A DNA stretch of 61,161 bases from a virus (lineage: Duplodnaviria; Caudoviricetes): positions 1 through 61,161 of the IMG/VR virus record IMGVR_UViG_3300050343_000157; one strand, 5' to 3'. The notes under the pieces are model-generated. The model ran no database searches and had not been told where the DNA came from. It saw only the letters and a program-made list of their open reading frames with translations. How positions within the stretch are numbered: the stretch's first letter is position 1; every line of letters starts with the position of its first letter. Positions 18,186-28,251 of this stretch are shown here, piece after piece. The translations under genes were made by a program, and so were the position numbers.

Positions 18186-21100
18186 CTAAGGACCACTGCA
18201 GCTGACGGGTTGTATATCTTGCACTTCACCAGCTGCCCCGCCTACTACACGAGCTACTGTTCTAATGCTAGTACTATTATTAATACCAATTATTATATAG
18301 CCACCATATGTATTACCTAATGTTCCATTGCTATAGCTTTCGTATATTACATCATTTGCTTCAATTCCAGAAGATTGTGATGCATTAACATTTGAGTCTC
18401 TTACGATAAAAAATTGTTGTGAGGTAGTTGTTGTACATATAGACGGAAAATTAGGAGTGTGTAAATAACTTGAAGTACCTTGGGGGCTAATTTCAACATC
18501 AACATGGCCAGTCGCAGTTAAGGGATTTGCAGAATTTACGTTGTCGGAAACTTGTATATTTATTCTATATGTATCGCCAATATCACTAATTGGAAATGCC
18601 GATGAATTTGATAACACACCTGTGCTGCTATTTATACTAAATGGATGTGAAGACTGCGTGGTGCCTCCTTTTGTAACAGATGTAATAGAAAAATCTAAAT
18701 CTGAAGTATTTTGGGGTGTTGTATCATCGTGACTTCCATTTTCAGCATTAACATTAAAAAAGTCATATATTTTATAGTGAGTTAATGTTGTGGTTGCATT
18801 CAAATTAGTAAAGAATGGAGCAACATTATTTAAAGTTATAGTTAACTTATTATTTGTATTGGAATAAATGTTACTAGCGCCGTCTTCGGCTTGTAATTCT
18901 ACATAATATTCAGTAGCGCCTAAATTATAATAAAATTTTTCTTGTGCAACTCTTAAATTATTATTAGCTGTATTTATATCGAACCATGTTGTTCTATTAA
19001 CTCCATCGCTATCATACACGGAAAGTAATGTAAAGGTTATACCGCTCATTAAAGAGGGTGCAGAGTTATAGGCTTGTAATTCTCCTATATCCGCATTTGC
19101 ATTTACATCTTCATTAAAAGTGCCGGTATATAACCCAGCAATTTTAATATCGGCAGGGCCATCATTACCAGAGATTATTTCAGCATTTAATTCTGGAACC
19201 AAACCGCTTGTGGATGTTTCATAATATATGTTTAAAGCAGACTCTACCGGTTTTGTTTCCCAAATACTTATGCTATTTTTACTAGTACTATAAGAATTTT
19301 TTATTTCAGCTACTAATGGATTTTTTGATGAATCATAAATATCACCCCTTACCTCGCCGGGTTTATTATTTGAAGTAATAGCACCACTGACATATTCACG
19401 CCCTTCTAAAACAATTCCTTGATCTTTTGCGGTCCCAATGCTAATAACATCATAAATATTATCATCTTTCATTGTATATGTTGGATTACTGCCACTAACA
19501 CTAACTAGCTTTGGATAAATTCCAGCTATTGAACCACTAACCCCCTCTTCGGTACTATTTGTTATGTCTCTAGGTATTTTATTTATATTGTCCCCGTGCA
19601 AAACTACCCAAGTTCTTGAATCATCTGCTGAATATGTTAAATTCCCTATGCCATCAAGTATCTTATCTCCAGCAGCTGGAAAACCACCTTTTAAGCCGGG
19701 AGCGTAAACAGTATAATAATCTTGCTCTGTTTGTTTTACTACCACTTTCCAAGAATACCATCCAAATATATTACTTAAACTGTATGAATTAGGTATTTGT
19801 GAATTAAAACTTATTCTTAGTGCATCTCCTGGCCAGTTTTGTGATTGGAAATTATTATTTTTAGCGTCTACCGTTATAGAAGCTTTATCAGGGTCTGTTG
19901 GCAAAATAACACTTGATTGTCTACCAAATTTATCTGATAAAACTAAACCTATTTGATATGTTCTTCTTTGCTTTATAGTATTATAAGGATATTGAATATG
20001 GTATTTTTGTACTGGGTTTGTACTTAATGTATTTCCTTTTGGCCCTATACTCGCAGAAAAATCTATAGCCGGCAAATTGTAATTTTGCTCAAAATTTCCA
20101 TATACAAGTCTATTGCCTGTTAATTCTTGTGCTTTTGCTTTTAAAGGAACATTATCATAAACTCTCGTTAATTGTTGTTCTGTTAAAACCTTATATGGCA
20201 ATGTGGATTTATATACATATGAAAATACGCCATTAGAATCTATAATATTATTGGCATTATTTAAATTATAATCTATTATATCAATTGTATCCACAGCTTT
20301 TATAGTGGTAGAATCAGAATCTTTATATAATATTTCAATTTTATCAATTTCAAAATTATTTTTTGGAGTAGCCGAAGGCATATTAATTTTTAATTGGATC
20401 TGAATGGCATCATTAACCATAGGCTCTAATTCGGTAGATTTTAAAGCTTCTTTTAGCTGATCTACTGTCAACCCCCCATTCTCATAGTCCGCATAACTAT
20501 CATTATATAATTTAGGCATAAAACAATGCTGCGTAAAAGGGGATATTAATGAATACTCTCCATCTACAAATTTAAATCTATATGCAAATCTAACAAACTC
20601 TTCTTTTAAATGATCCTTGTTTGATTCGAAAGTAAGTGTAGTATTTGCTGATATATTTACTGTTGTATCTATTTCTAAAGCTGTTCCGCTAATAGCAGAT
20701 ACCGTAACTCCATTGGGGGAACCAGACCATGTTACAACTTGTCCAGCATAAATATCATTATTTTCAGCTGTTAAAGTTATGTTTTTAGATGGGCCATTCA
20801 AGGAAATGCCATCCTGCTCTGTTTTAGCAACTTGCATTCCCGTTAATGTATCATCGCTATTAAATACAAAAGGCGGCGAAAATGGATAATATTTAGCTAC
20901 TGATATTTTATCTTCATTATCATAATAACTTGTATTACCAATAGCTGTTGTAACATTTATTTTTCTAGGCTGATTTCTATTATCTGTCCAAAACAATAGG
21001 TCATCAATCATATTTACACCTGTTATTAAATTATTTACATTAAAATTTAAAAAGCTGCCTTGCACTATAGCTATAGGCGAGCTAGAAGTAAAATTACGGT

Positions 21101-21488
21101 CTTCTCCTCCGCTTACGCTTGCTCCTAAATTTATTTCTATAGGATTAACAGAAGTATCGTAATAATAAATAGCATCTTTAGCATTATTATTTAATCCTTT
21201 TACAAAATAAAATATTCTATTTGAAACGTCAGTATGCGGTTCAATAGAATTTCTTTTGGTTTCTTGTTCTACATAATAACCTATAACAGTGCCTTCAAAA
21301 CCAGAAGGTATACTTGAATTACCAACCTTTAGATTGCCTTTTACATTTTGAACAACACCAACGTCAGAGCCTGCAGATTTGCTTATATGTATATTCTGCG
21401 CGTGTCTGTATTCACCAGATGGCAATATTCGCGCGTCTAAATCTTTATTCATTCTGCCTTTTAAAAAGGCTTGCTTAGTTTCTGGCAT
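18186..21488 (-). CDS. tail stabilization/muzzle-type protein N-terminal part with C-terminal cadherin/Ig-like extension
   Basis: GRMNKDLDARILPSGEYRHAQNI, LFWTDNRNQPRKINV, VRFAYRFKF, WETKP; C-terminal FSINSSTGVL-type segments. Confidence 0.75.
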   Translation of the reverse strand: MPETKQAFLKGRMNKDLDARILPSGEYRHAQNIHISKSAGSDVGVVQNVKGNLKVGNSSIPSGFEGTVIGYYVEQETKRNSIEPHTDVSNRIFYFVKGLNNNAKDAIYYYDTSVNPIEINLGASVSGGEDRNFTSSSPIAIVQGSFLNFNVNNLITGVNMIDDLLFWTDNRNQPRKINVTTAIGNTSYYDNEDKISVAKYYPFSPPFVFNSDDTLTGMQVAKTEQDGISLNGPSKNITLTAENNDIYAGQVVTWSGSPNGVTVSAISGTALEIDTTVNISANTTLTFESNKDHLKEEFVRFAYRFKFVDGEYSLISPFTQHCFMPKLYNDSYADYENGGLTVDQLKEALKSTELEPMVNDAIQIQLKINMPSATPKNNFEIDKIEILYKDSDSTTIKAVDTIDIIDYNLNNANNIIDSNGVFSYVYKSTLPYKVLTEQQLTRVYDNVPLKAKAQELTGNRLVYGNFEQNYNLPAIDFSASIGPKGNTLSTNPVQKYHIQYPYNTIKQRRTYQIGLVLSDKFGRQSSVILPTDPDKASITVDAKNNNFQSQNWPGDALRISFNSQIPNSYSLSNIFGWYSWKVVVKQTEQDYYTVYAPGLKGGFPAAGDKILDGIGNLTYSADDSRTWVVLHGDNINKIPRDITNSTEEGVSGSIAGIYPKLVSVSGSNPTYTMKDDNIYDVISIGTAKDQGIVLEGREYVSGAITSNNKPGEVRGDIYDSSKNPLVAEIKNSYSTSKNSISIWETKPVESALNIYYETSTSGLVPELNAEIISGNDGPADIKIAGLYTGTFNEDVNANADIGELQAYNSAPSLMSGITFTLLSVYDSDGVNRTTWFDINTANNNLRVAQEKFYYNLGATEYYVELQAEDGASNIYSNTNNKLTITLNNVAPFFTNLNATTTLTHYKIYDFFNVNAENGSHDDTTPQNTSDLDFSITSVTKGGTTQSSHPFSINSSTGVLSNSSAFPISDIGDTYRINIQVSDNVNSANPLTATGHVDVEISPQGTSSYLHTPNFPSICTTTTSQQFFIVRDSNVNASQSSGIEANDVIYESYSNGTLGNTYGGYIIIGINNSTSIRTVARVVGGAAGEVQDIQPVSCSGP

Positions 21489-21491
21489 GTA

Positions 21492-22640
21492 TTAGTGTTT
21501 AATAAATTTTGATTTACCTCTCATTACTTGTTCTAATTCGGCAATTTTAAGACTCGATAATCTTAATTTAGCATTTCTTGTTGCTGCTCTTCTTTCTTTT
21601 CTAAATCTATTTATAATATATTCCGGAAAATCAACTCTAGAACTGGCTACAGCATATGTTATGTATTTATACATAGCGTCTTCTGCAAATTTGTGTACTT
21701 GCATTTCATCATCTGTTCCTAACCCGTCTGAAACATATTTTAATGTTACAACTTGACCTGCTAGTTCACTTGAAAAACTAATTTTACCATTTGCTTCATC
21801 TATTAAGAATATACCGTTTTGTTGCGTAGTTTCTGGATTTAGCCCTTGTCTTCCACCATAAGAAGTTATTTTTTGTAACCCAGAGTGGGCATCATAAGTT
21901 ACGTCTTCGTCAGCAAAGTTACCCGATATTTTTCTATTATCAAAATCCGTAAATCTTTCGTCAGTCACAGATGAACCTGTTAATAATGATCCATCAGCGT
22001 CATAAATGTATTTATAATCATCATCTTGAAGAATTGATTCAGAAGGTTTTGAAGTATATCTTCCAGGGTATATTATATGTTCAATACCAGCGCCATCTAC
22101 AAAAGACATTCTAACGTAGTGAACGTAGTCTTGGGGCATCGGCATGGATAAACTAGGTCCAATCTCTATTTCCTGTATTTTTTCAGTTCTTGAAACGTCA
22201 TAACTAAATTCCTGAACGCCTCTTTTTGCGTGGAATATTACATCGGTTCTTTTAACACTAGGTATTAATTTACCTCCACCAACATAAGCAACCAAATAAT
22301 TGTTAACTAAATCATTCAAAGAAATGTATCTGTAACCGCCAAATTTTTCGGCTTTGCCAAACTCTTTTACTTCAATTATCAATCCGCTTACAGGGGCACC
22401 ACTATTTTCTAGTACATCACTGTTTTTTGAGTTTCCTGTAAATGTTAAAATTGGTGAGGAATAATTATAGTTAGCTGTATTTATTTCTTTACCGTTTACA
22501 AATATTTGTATTTTTGATTTTGCATCAGGTAAAGTTGAAAAATACGCGTTTGATAATGTGAAAGCTGTAGTGCTACCGTTTCCAGTAAAACTTTGCGATC
22601 GATTATAATAAGCCTGTTGTGTTACGTTTATTAACCCCAT
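21492..22640 (-). CDS. tail ring/adaptor protein (type B paralog)
   Basis: Paralogous to 23387-23962 (NDLVNNY...KRTDVIFHAKRGVQEFSYD). Confidence 0.7.
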   Translation of the reverse strand: MGLINVTQQAYYNRSQSFTGNGSTTAFTLSNAYFSTLPDAKSKIQIFVNGKEINTANYNYSSPILTFTGNSKNSDVLENSGAPVSGLIIEVKEFGKAEKFGGYRYISLNDLVNNYLVAYVGGGKLIPSVKRTDVIFHAKRGVQEFSYDVSRTEKIQEIEIGPSLSMPMPQDYVHYVRMSFVDGAGIEHIIYPGRYTSKPSESILQDDDYKYIYDADGSLLTGSSVTDERFTDFDNRKISGNFADEDVTYDAHSGLQKITSYGGRQGLNPETTQQNGIFLIDEANGKISFSSELAGQVVTLKYVSDGLGTDDEMQVHKFAEDAMYKYITYAVASSRVDFPEYIINRFRKERRAATRNAKLRLSSLKIAELEQVMRGKSKFIKH

Positions 22641-22643
22641 TTA

Positions 22644-23375
22644 TTATGAATTTTCTAATTGTATTGTTTTATTTTCTTCAGCATTAACAGCCTGCACAAC
22701 AGCAGGATCAGAAATGACTAAACCTGCATATTTTAATATACCTAATATTAATTGCACTCTATCTGAGCTATGTAAAGTAAAATCTTGTTTTCCGGTAGTT
22801 GGTGTAACACCACTTCCCGTGTTTGCTTCTGAAAAAGTTAAAGCACCAGTGTTATTGTCCGAAATATATCCCCAAACAGGATCTAATGGTGTTTTTATGT
22901 ATTCTATACTTAAATCACCAGTTAAGACTGGTTTAATAACAAACTTTTCATTTGTTTGATAATATACTGGAAATGAAGATGAAGGTGCTGCGTATGAAGA
23001 AGATAATAAGTAAGATAAGTTTTTCTTATTTACTTTTTCTATTTGTTTTAATTTATCTATTGTTGTAATGTCTATTACTTTATATAAATCAGATGGGATA
23101 GTCAGTTCACTAGACGATAAAGTTGAATTTTGAACTTTATAAAATGGATCTATTTTTTCTTCTATTTTTTGAGGTATGTTACCGTATTGTTCAACGCCTC
23201 TTCCCGAGTTGTGTTTTACTACAGATCTATTGTAATCATAAAAATGCTGGTCTAGTATATCAAGTTGAACCTGAGCACCTATTTTATTAAACTGTTCAGG
23301 TGTTAAAAAACCTCTCGATTCTTTATTTAATATTGATAATACTGTTTTGTATACTTTATCAACTGATATTGCCAT
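22644..23375 (-). CDS. tail ring/tubular protein (type A paralog)
   Basis: MAISVDKVYKTVLSILNKESRGFLTPEQF, paralog of 23969-24688. Confidence 0.7.
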   Translation of the reverse strand: MAISVDKVYKTVLSILNKESRGFLTPEQFNKIGAQVQLDILDQHFYDYNRSVVKHNSGRGVEQYGNIPQKIEEKIDPFYKVQNSTLSSSELTIPSDLYKVIDITTIDKLKQIEKVNKKNLSYLLSSSYAAPSSSFPVYYQTNEKFVIKPVLTGDLSIEYIKTPLDPVWGYISDNNTGALTFSEANTGSGVTPTTGKQDFTLHSSDRVQLILGILKYAGLVISDPAVVQAVNAEENKTIQLENS

Positions 23376-23386
23376 ATTTTTTTGTT

Positions 23387-23962
23387 TTAAGAAAAATTAG
23401 TAAATACTAATCTTGACTTAGCTTTTTCTAATTTATCAATTTTTTCTATTAATAATCTTTGTAATGTATTAATATTCGTATTTTCTCTATTGCCTAATAT
23501 TGCATAAACCATACAAGCATACATTGCTTCTTCCGCTAATTTAGGAATTGCTGCTGTTTCATCTGTGGTAAGTGCATTCGATAAATAATCAAACGCTAAA
23601 GTGTCGGTTGAATCTCCTGCGTTAAACTTTACCGTTTTAGCTGTATAATCTGGATAATATGTTCCTTGCGCGGGTGATGACGATGAAGACTCTGTAAATT
23701 CAGTACCATCAACTGTAACTTTTATTATAGCCACTAAATCAGCTGGAAAGCTATATATGTATGGGCTGCCAGGCACATCAGTTGTATCGGTCATTTGGCT
23801 TTTTAAAGTTTCATAAGCAAACTCTTGTAAGCATCGTCGAGCGTGAAACACTATTTCTGTTCTTTTTGTATCAGGTATTATTTTGCCTGGACCAGTGTAT
23901 GATATTATAAAGTTATTTACGATGTCATTTACTGTTATGAAAGCGTTACTTAAATTTGCCAT
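23387..23962 (-). CDS. tail ring/adaptor protein (type B paralog)
   Basis: NDIVNNF...KRTEIVFHARRCLQEFAYE. Confidence 0.7.
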   Translation of the reverse strand: MANLSNAFITVNDIVNNFIISYTGPGKIIPDTKRTEIVFHARRCLQEFAYETLKSQMTDTTDVPGSPYIYSFPADLVAIIKVTVDGTEFTESSSSSPAQGTYYPDYTAKTVKFNAGDSTDTLAFDYLSNALTTDETAAIPKLAEEAMYACMVYAILGNRENTNINTLQRLLIEKIDKLEKAKSRLVFTNFS

Positions 23963-23968
23963 TATTTA

Positions 23969-24688
23969 TTATTTTTTATTGTCTACTATTATTTGTTGCT
24001 CTTTTTGTGCTGCTATAGATAGTGCTAACTGATCTTTAGTCATAACACCAGCATAACCTAATATTTTATTTATTAGTAAAGGTTGATCAGATTTATGTAT
24101 TTCAAAGTCTATTGATTTTGAAGAGTCATAAATATAGTTACCTAAATTTGGCTCTATATCAAATCCCCATTTTGGATCAGCTGGAAAAGCTAAGAAATTA
24201 ACTTGAGGCGTTCCTGTTAATCCCGCTGGATAAAATGTTATAGTTCCATTCTCATAAGTATAAACTGGATAGTGTGCCGTAGGTGCTGTTAAGGGAGATG
24301 CGTTAACAGTATAAATATCTTGTTGTTGTATTCTTTGTGCTTCTCTCCCAACGCCACCAACTGTAAAAATAACAGATCCAAGCTCATTAACACCAGTGAG
24401 TTGAGAACTACTTACGGTTGTTAAACCATTAACTATCGTTGTAGTTTTTAATTCATTTTTTTTGAATATCTGAATTTTTTCATCGAGCAAAGACATCCTG
24501 TCTGCATAAGCTAATGAAGTTTGAGGCATTCTCAATAATTGATTTAAATCATCAAAATACTGAGTGTAAATTTCTTGTTGTGCTTGAGCAGCGAGTTTGT
24601 CAAATTCGACTGGTGTAAGCACGCCTCTTTTTTCTTGTTGTAAAACAACTAACACCGCTTTGTAAACTGAGTTTATATTTATTGCCAT
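23969..24688 (-). CDS. tail ring/tubular protein (type A paralog)
   Basis: MAININSVYKAVLVVLQQEKRGVLTPVEF. Confidence 0.7.
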   Translation of the reverse strand: MAININSVYKAVLVVLQQEKRGVLTPVEFDKLAAQAQQEIYTQYFDDLNQLLRMPQTSLAYADRMSLLDEKIQIFKKNELKTTTIVNGLTTVSSSQLTGVNELGSVIFTVGGVGREAQRIQQQDIYTVNASPLTAPTAHYPVYTYENGTITFYPAGLTGTPQVNFLAFPADPKWGFDIEPNLGNYIYDSSKSIDFEIHKSDQPLLINKILGYAGVMTKDQLALSIAAQKEQQIIVDNKK

Positions 24689-24707
24689 AATTTTTATTTA
24701 TAATGAT

Positions 24708-24726
24708 TAAGCCGCATATAGCGGCC
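24708..24726 (-). terminator. short GC hairpin, possible terminator
   Basis: GGCCGC-TATAT-GCGGCT in an intergenic gap. Confidence 0.5.
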
Positions 24727-24741
24727 CAACCACTATTTACT

Positions 24742-25497
24742 TTATTTTAACTTTTTTTCAACTGTTTGATAAACTTCAATACCTTCATCGGTTTTAAAGT
24801 ATGCTGCTAATGCTGAATACGGATTTTCGTCAAATGGAACTGTTATAAGTTTTCTATCATTAGATGTCCATTTAAAAGTTCTTTGATCGCTTGATAATGA
24901 AATAATACCATTTTCAACGGCTTTTATACCAATGTTTCTAATATTAATGTTTTCATCATTCGCTAATTCTAAGAACAATTCTGGGTTGCTTCTTGCAAAT
25001 AATAATAAATCCCTTTTAAGCTCCTTAGAAGTCATCTTAGATACCTTATCGCCAAGCTCTGTTCGTAATATTGCTTCAGCTTGATCTACTTCTATACCTT
25101 GTGCGGTAGTTAATGCTTCTATTTCGTATTCAATAGCGTCTAAATCATCTTCAGCTTCTTTAACCGGATTGTATTCATAAAATTTTCTATTTAGATCCGG
25201 GTGCAATGCTAAAAATTTTTGTAATGTTTGTTTTTCTTTTGGAACAAATAATCTTCCATCTCTAAAAACAATTCTTGATAATCTTTCTGGGCCTTTCATT
25301 TCGTCAACAAATACTGTTTTTTGATTTTCACAGTATTTAATTTCTCTTTCATATCCCTTTTCTTCATCAAACCACAATATGCCTCTTGTTTTTACCATAA
25401 GAGCAATTGGTGATTCGTTTATTGATAATTGGTATAATTTATCTTTTATTTCCCATTTGGGTGCAACTTTAGTTGCTTTTTCTTTAATTTTTGCCAT
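24742..25497 (-). CDS. protein downstream of capsid gene (251 aa), probable virion component
   Basis: Synteny with capsid gene; no specific motif recognised. Confidence 0.6.
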   Translation of the reverse strand: MAKIKEKATKVAPKWEIKDKLYQLSINESPIALMVKTRGILWFDEEKGYEREIKYCENQKTVFVDEMKGPERLSRIVFRDGRLFVPKEKQTLQKFLALHPDLNRKFYEYNPVKEAEDDLDAIEYEIEALTTAQGIEVDQAEAILRTELGDKVSKMTSKELKRDLLLFARSNPELFLELANDENINIRNIGIKAVENGIISLSSDQRTFKWTSNDRKLITVPFDENPYSALAAYFKTDEGIEVYQTVEKKLK

Positions 25498-25522
25498 GAT
25501 ATAATATAATATAATTAATAAG

Positions 25523-25564
25523 AGTAATGATTACCCCCGCTATTACAACGAGGGTAAAAATTAC
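25523..25564 (-). terminator. hairpin downstream of major capsid gene
   Basis: TTACCCTCG-9nt-CGGGGGTAA with outer GTAAT/ATTAC pairing. Confidence 0.6.
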
Positions 25565-25572
25565 ATTAAAAT

Positions 25573-27000
25573 TTACGAGTCAAATCTCATAAAGTTATTC
25601 GCACCTTGTACTACTAAACATCTCTCTGATAGATAGTGAATTTCCATCTTGTCATCACCGATTGTCTGCGCTCCGCCGACTGAACCAGTTACCCAAGATT
25701 TTAATTTTCTATCATCAGCTTGAGAAGCTCTGTAACGTACGTGTAAGAATGGTCTTCTTACATTACTTCCTAAGTTTTGATCATATACTGAAGATGTTCC
25801 AGCAGGAATTAAAAGTCCTTTTAATCCACCAACTGAACCTCTTGTTGACTTGTCGTTTAAGTATTTCCAGTCAGTTTTGTAGAAGTCATAAGAACCTCTT
25901 CTGAAACCAGAAAATCCTAAATTTAATGCCATATCTTCAGAGTTGTTAAATACTCCAAATCCAAGACCTCCAGAAATATTTGGATTTAAACCAGCAAGTA
26001 AGTCGTCGATAACTAAGTTAGCGTCTCTATCTAAGAAAAGCATGTTCTCTTCAATAGCTCCTTGTTTGTCTAATTCCTTTAATACATCATCAAATTCAGA
26101 TAATACTGCTCCTGAATCAAATTGGTTAGTAGCAACGATTCCTCTTTCGCCAATAGCTGAAAGTAATCCTTGAGAACCATCTGGAATTTCTGAATCAGCA
26201 GAAGCTGCAGATTTTTCAGATTCAATTGCAATCATTTCTAAGTAGTCATCAAATCTCGCTTTTGTATCAGCAGAAGATTTTAAGTACCATAAGTATCCAG
26301 ACTCTCCGCCTTCACCACTTACTTGTACCCACCCGATTTGAGCAGTGTCAGATCCGTTGATTTCAAAGTGATCTTTGATAATCATTGGCTTGTTAGTGAA
26401 AGTTTTGAAACCTGGCTCTATTGAGTCAGTCATACTAGCAGATCCTTTTTTAAATTCAGAACCGTATACGAAAAACTTAATAGCTACAGCAGTGTCCCCA
26501 GCAACTAAAGTGTCTAAGTCATCAAAATTTTCGCCTCCATAAGGTTTTAATTTTAATGTGTTAGTAGCAGTTTCAACACCTTCTTTACAGAAAGCTTTTA
26601 CAACTACTGCACCAGCAGATCCTGTAATTTCAGCAACTACAGTAGCTCCTTTTCTTACAGCATGAGCTTCAGTAGCTCCACTATCGATTCCAGTTATTGA
26701 AGTTACAACACCATCTGTACAGTTAATAGTACCGTTGTAAGATAAGTGTAGTCTACCTTGCTCAGACCAGATAACTTGATCAGAAGACATTGGCATTTCT
26801 GCACTAATTTGTGAAAGGAATCCAGAAATAGTTCTGTTTCCGTATCTCTGTACTTCACTTTCGTAAAGCTCAGGTAGATATTGTTTAGCCCATCCGTCGT
26901 TTTGAATGTCTAAGTAAGATCCTGCAGTCGTCATTTTTGACGCTGCTGGAGTTAAAATACTGCCAGCTAATGGGCCAGCAAATGCATTGTTATTCGCCAT
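25573..27000 (-). CDS. major capsid protein
   Basis: 475 aa after portal and scaffold; QYLPELYE, VIWSEQGRLH, GFRRGSYDFYK; strong codon bias. Confidence 0.85.
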   Translation of the reverse strand: MANNNAFAGPLAGSILTPAASKMTTAGSYLDIQNDGWAKQYLPELYESEVQRYGNRTISGFLSQISAEMPMSSDQVIWSEQGRLHLSYNGTINCTDGVVTSITGIDSGATEAHAVRKGATVVAEITGSAGAVVVKAFCKEGVETATNTLKLKPYGGENFDDLDTLVAGDTAVAIKFFVYGSEFKKGSASMTDSIEPGFKTFTNKPMIIKDHFEINGSDTAQIGWVQVSGEGGESGYLWYLKSSADTKARFDDYLEMIAIESEKSAASADSEIPDGSQGLLSAIGERGIVATNQFDSGAVLSEFDDVLKELDKQGAIEENMLFLDRDANLVIDDLLAGLNPNISGGLGFGVFNNSEDMALNLGFSGFRRGSYDFYKTDWKYLNDKSTRGSVGGLKGLLIPAGTSSVYDQNLGSNVRRPFLHVRYRASQADDRKLKSWVTGSVGGAQTIGDDKMEIHYLSERCLVVQGANNFMRFDS

Positions 27001-27019
27001 TTTAATTTTTTTTTGTTAA

Positions 27020-28228
27020 TTAATAATTCTTAAGTTTAAATTTTAGCTTAGAATTATCGTCCCCAGAAATAGCTTTTACTTTAATGCCTCCGGCTTCAAC
27101 ATATCCGCTAGATGTTTTCCTAGGATCCATGTTGATGTTTTTAGCTTCTGCACTTAATTGTTTAATTGCATCAGCTTTACCTTGTTCATAAAAATGGTTG
27201 GCTATTTTGTCGGGATTTGAAGCGGCAAATAAAGCTTTATGGTAACCTCCAGCGTCTTGTAACATTTTATTGTCACCGACATATTTATTGAAAACATTCA
27301 ATAAATCACTTTGAGTTTCCTTTACTTTGTTTACATCTTTAACATTAAACCTGTATTTCTTGTCTCCTACGTCAAAATTAAAACCTTTAAATTCTTGATT
27401 GAAAACTTTACTAGTTTGTTGTTGAAAATGTTGTGTTTGCTGCTTTAATAATTCTTCAGCCGATTGTTGCTCTTTATTGTATCTGTCGAAAAAATCAATA
27501 GCTTTTTGCTGTTCAGGAGCTAACTTAGAGCCCAACTTGACCTCTTTGTAATATTTCTCCTTAGTTTCATTTAAAAACTTATTGGCATTTGCGACTTCCT
27601 CTTTGAGAGCAAGTTTTTTTCTTTTAATGTCTCTCTCCTCATCAATTTCTTCGTCAAATGAAAATTTATCGTCTAATAAAAACGATATTTCATCATAACT
27701 TAAATGAGGTTTTGTTTGTTTGTAGTATTCTCTTAGTAAAGTATTTTCATCTACATTTGAGTAATCAGCGTTTAGTCTACTATAATCTTCAATACTACCA
27801 CCAGTTTCTTCCATAAACTTAACTAGATCTTGTATTCCTTCTGGTAAATTTATTTCTGGTTCCTTAATTTGCTCTGGCTGTTTATCTTCTACTAAAGGTT
27901 CTCCCCCTGTATTATTTTCAACCGGAGTTTTTTCTTCTTCTGTAATTTCTTCAATTACAGGTTCTTCTACTTTTTCTTGTTGTACTTCTTGCAGTTCCAC
28001 TTCGGCTTCTTCCCCATTTTTTTCATCTTCGCTGCTTCCGCGTAACACGCCATCTTCTGAGCTTTGTTCTTGAACGGCATCTTGTTCTTCTTTTTGATTG
28101 TTAACTTTGCCTAAATCTACAGTGTAATCACCCTGTTCATTAGTTGGTATTTTTTGCACCTCTGCTTCTTTTTCGGCAATAGACTTTTCTTCAACGTCTA
28201 AAGCCTCAACTTTAATGTTTTCTGACAT
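27020..28228 (-). CDS. capsid scaffolding-like protein
   Basis: Very acidic N-terminus, helical C-terminus, between portal and capsid. Confidence 0.7.
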   Translation of the reverse strand: MSENIKVEALDVEEKSIAEKEAEVQKIPTNEQGDYTVDLGKVNNQKEEQDAVQEQSSEDGVLRGSSEDEKNGEEAEVELQEVQQEKVEEPVIEEITEEEKTPVENNTGGEPLVEDKQPEQIKEPEINLPEGIQDLVKFMEETGGSIEDYSRLNADYSNVDENTLLREYYKQTKPHLSYDEISFLLDDKFSFDEEIDEERDIKRKKLALKEEVANANKFLNETKEKYYKEVKLGSKLAPEQQKAIDFFDRYNKEQQSAEELLKQQTQHFQQQTSKVFNQEFKGFNFDVGDKKYRFNVKDVNKVKETQSDLLNVFNKYVGDNKMLQDAGGYHKALFAASNPDKIANHFYEQGKADAIKQLSAEAKNINMDPRKTSSGYVEAGGIKVKAISGDDNSKLKFKLKNY

Positions 28229-28251
28229 AATAAAATATAATTGTTAAAAAT

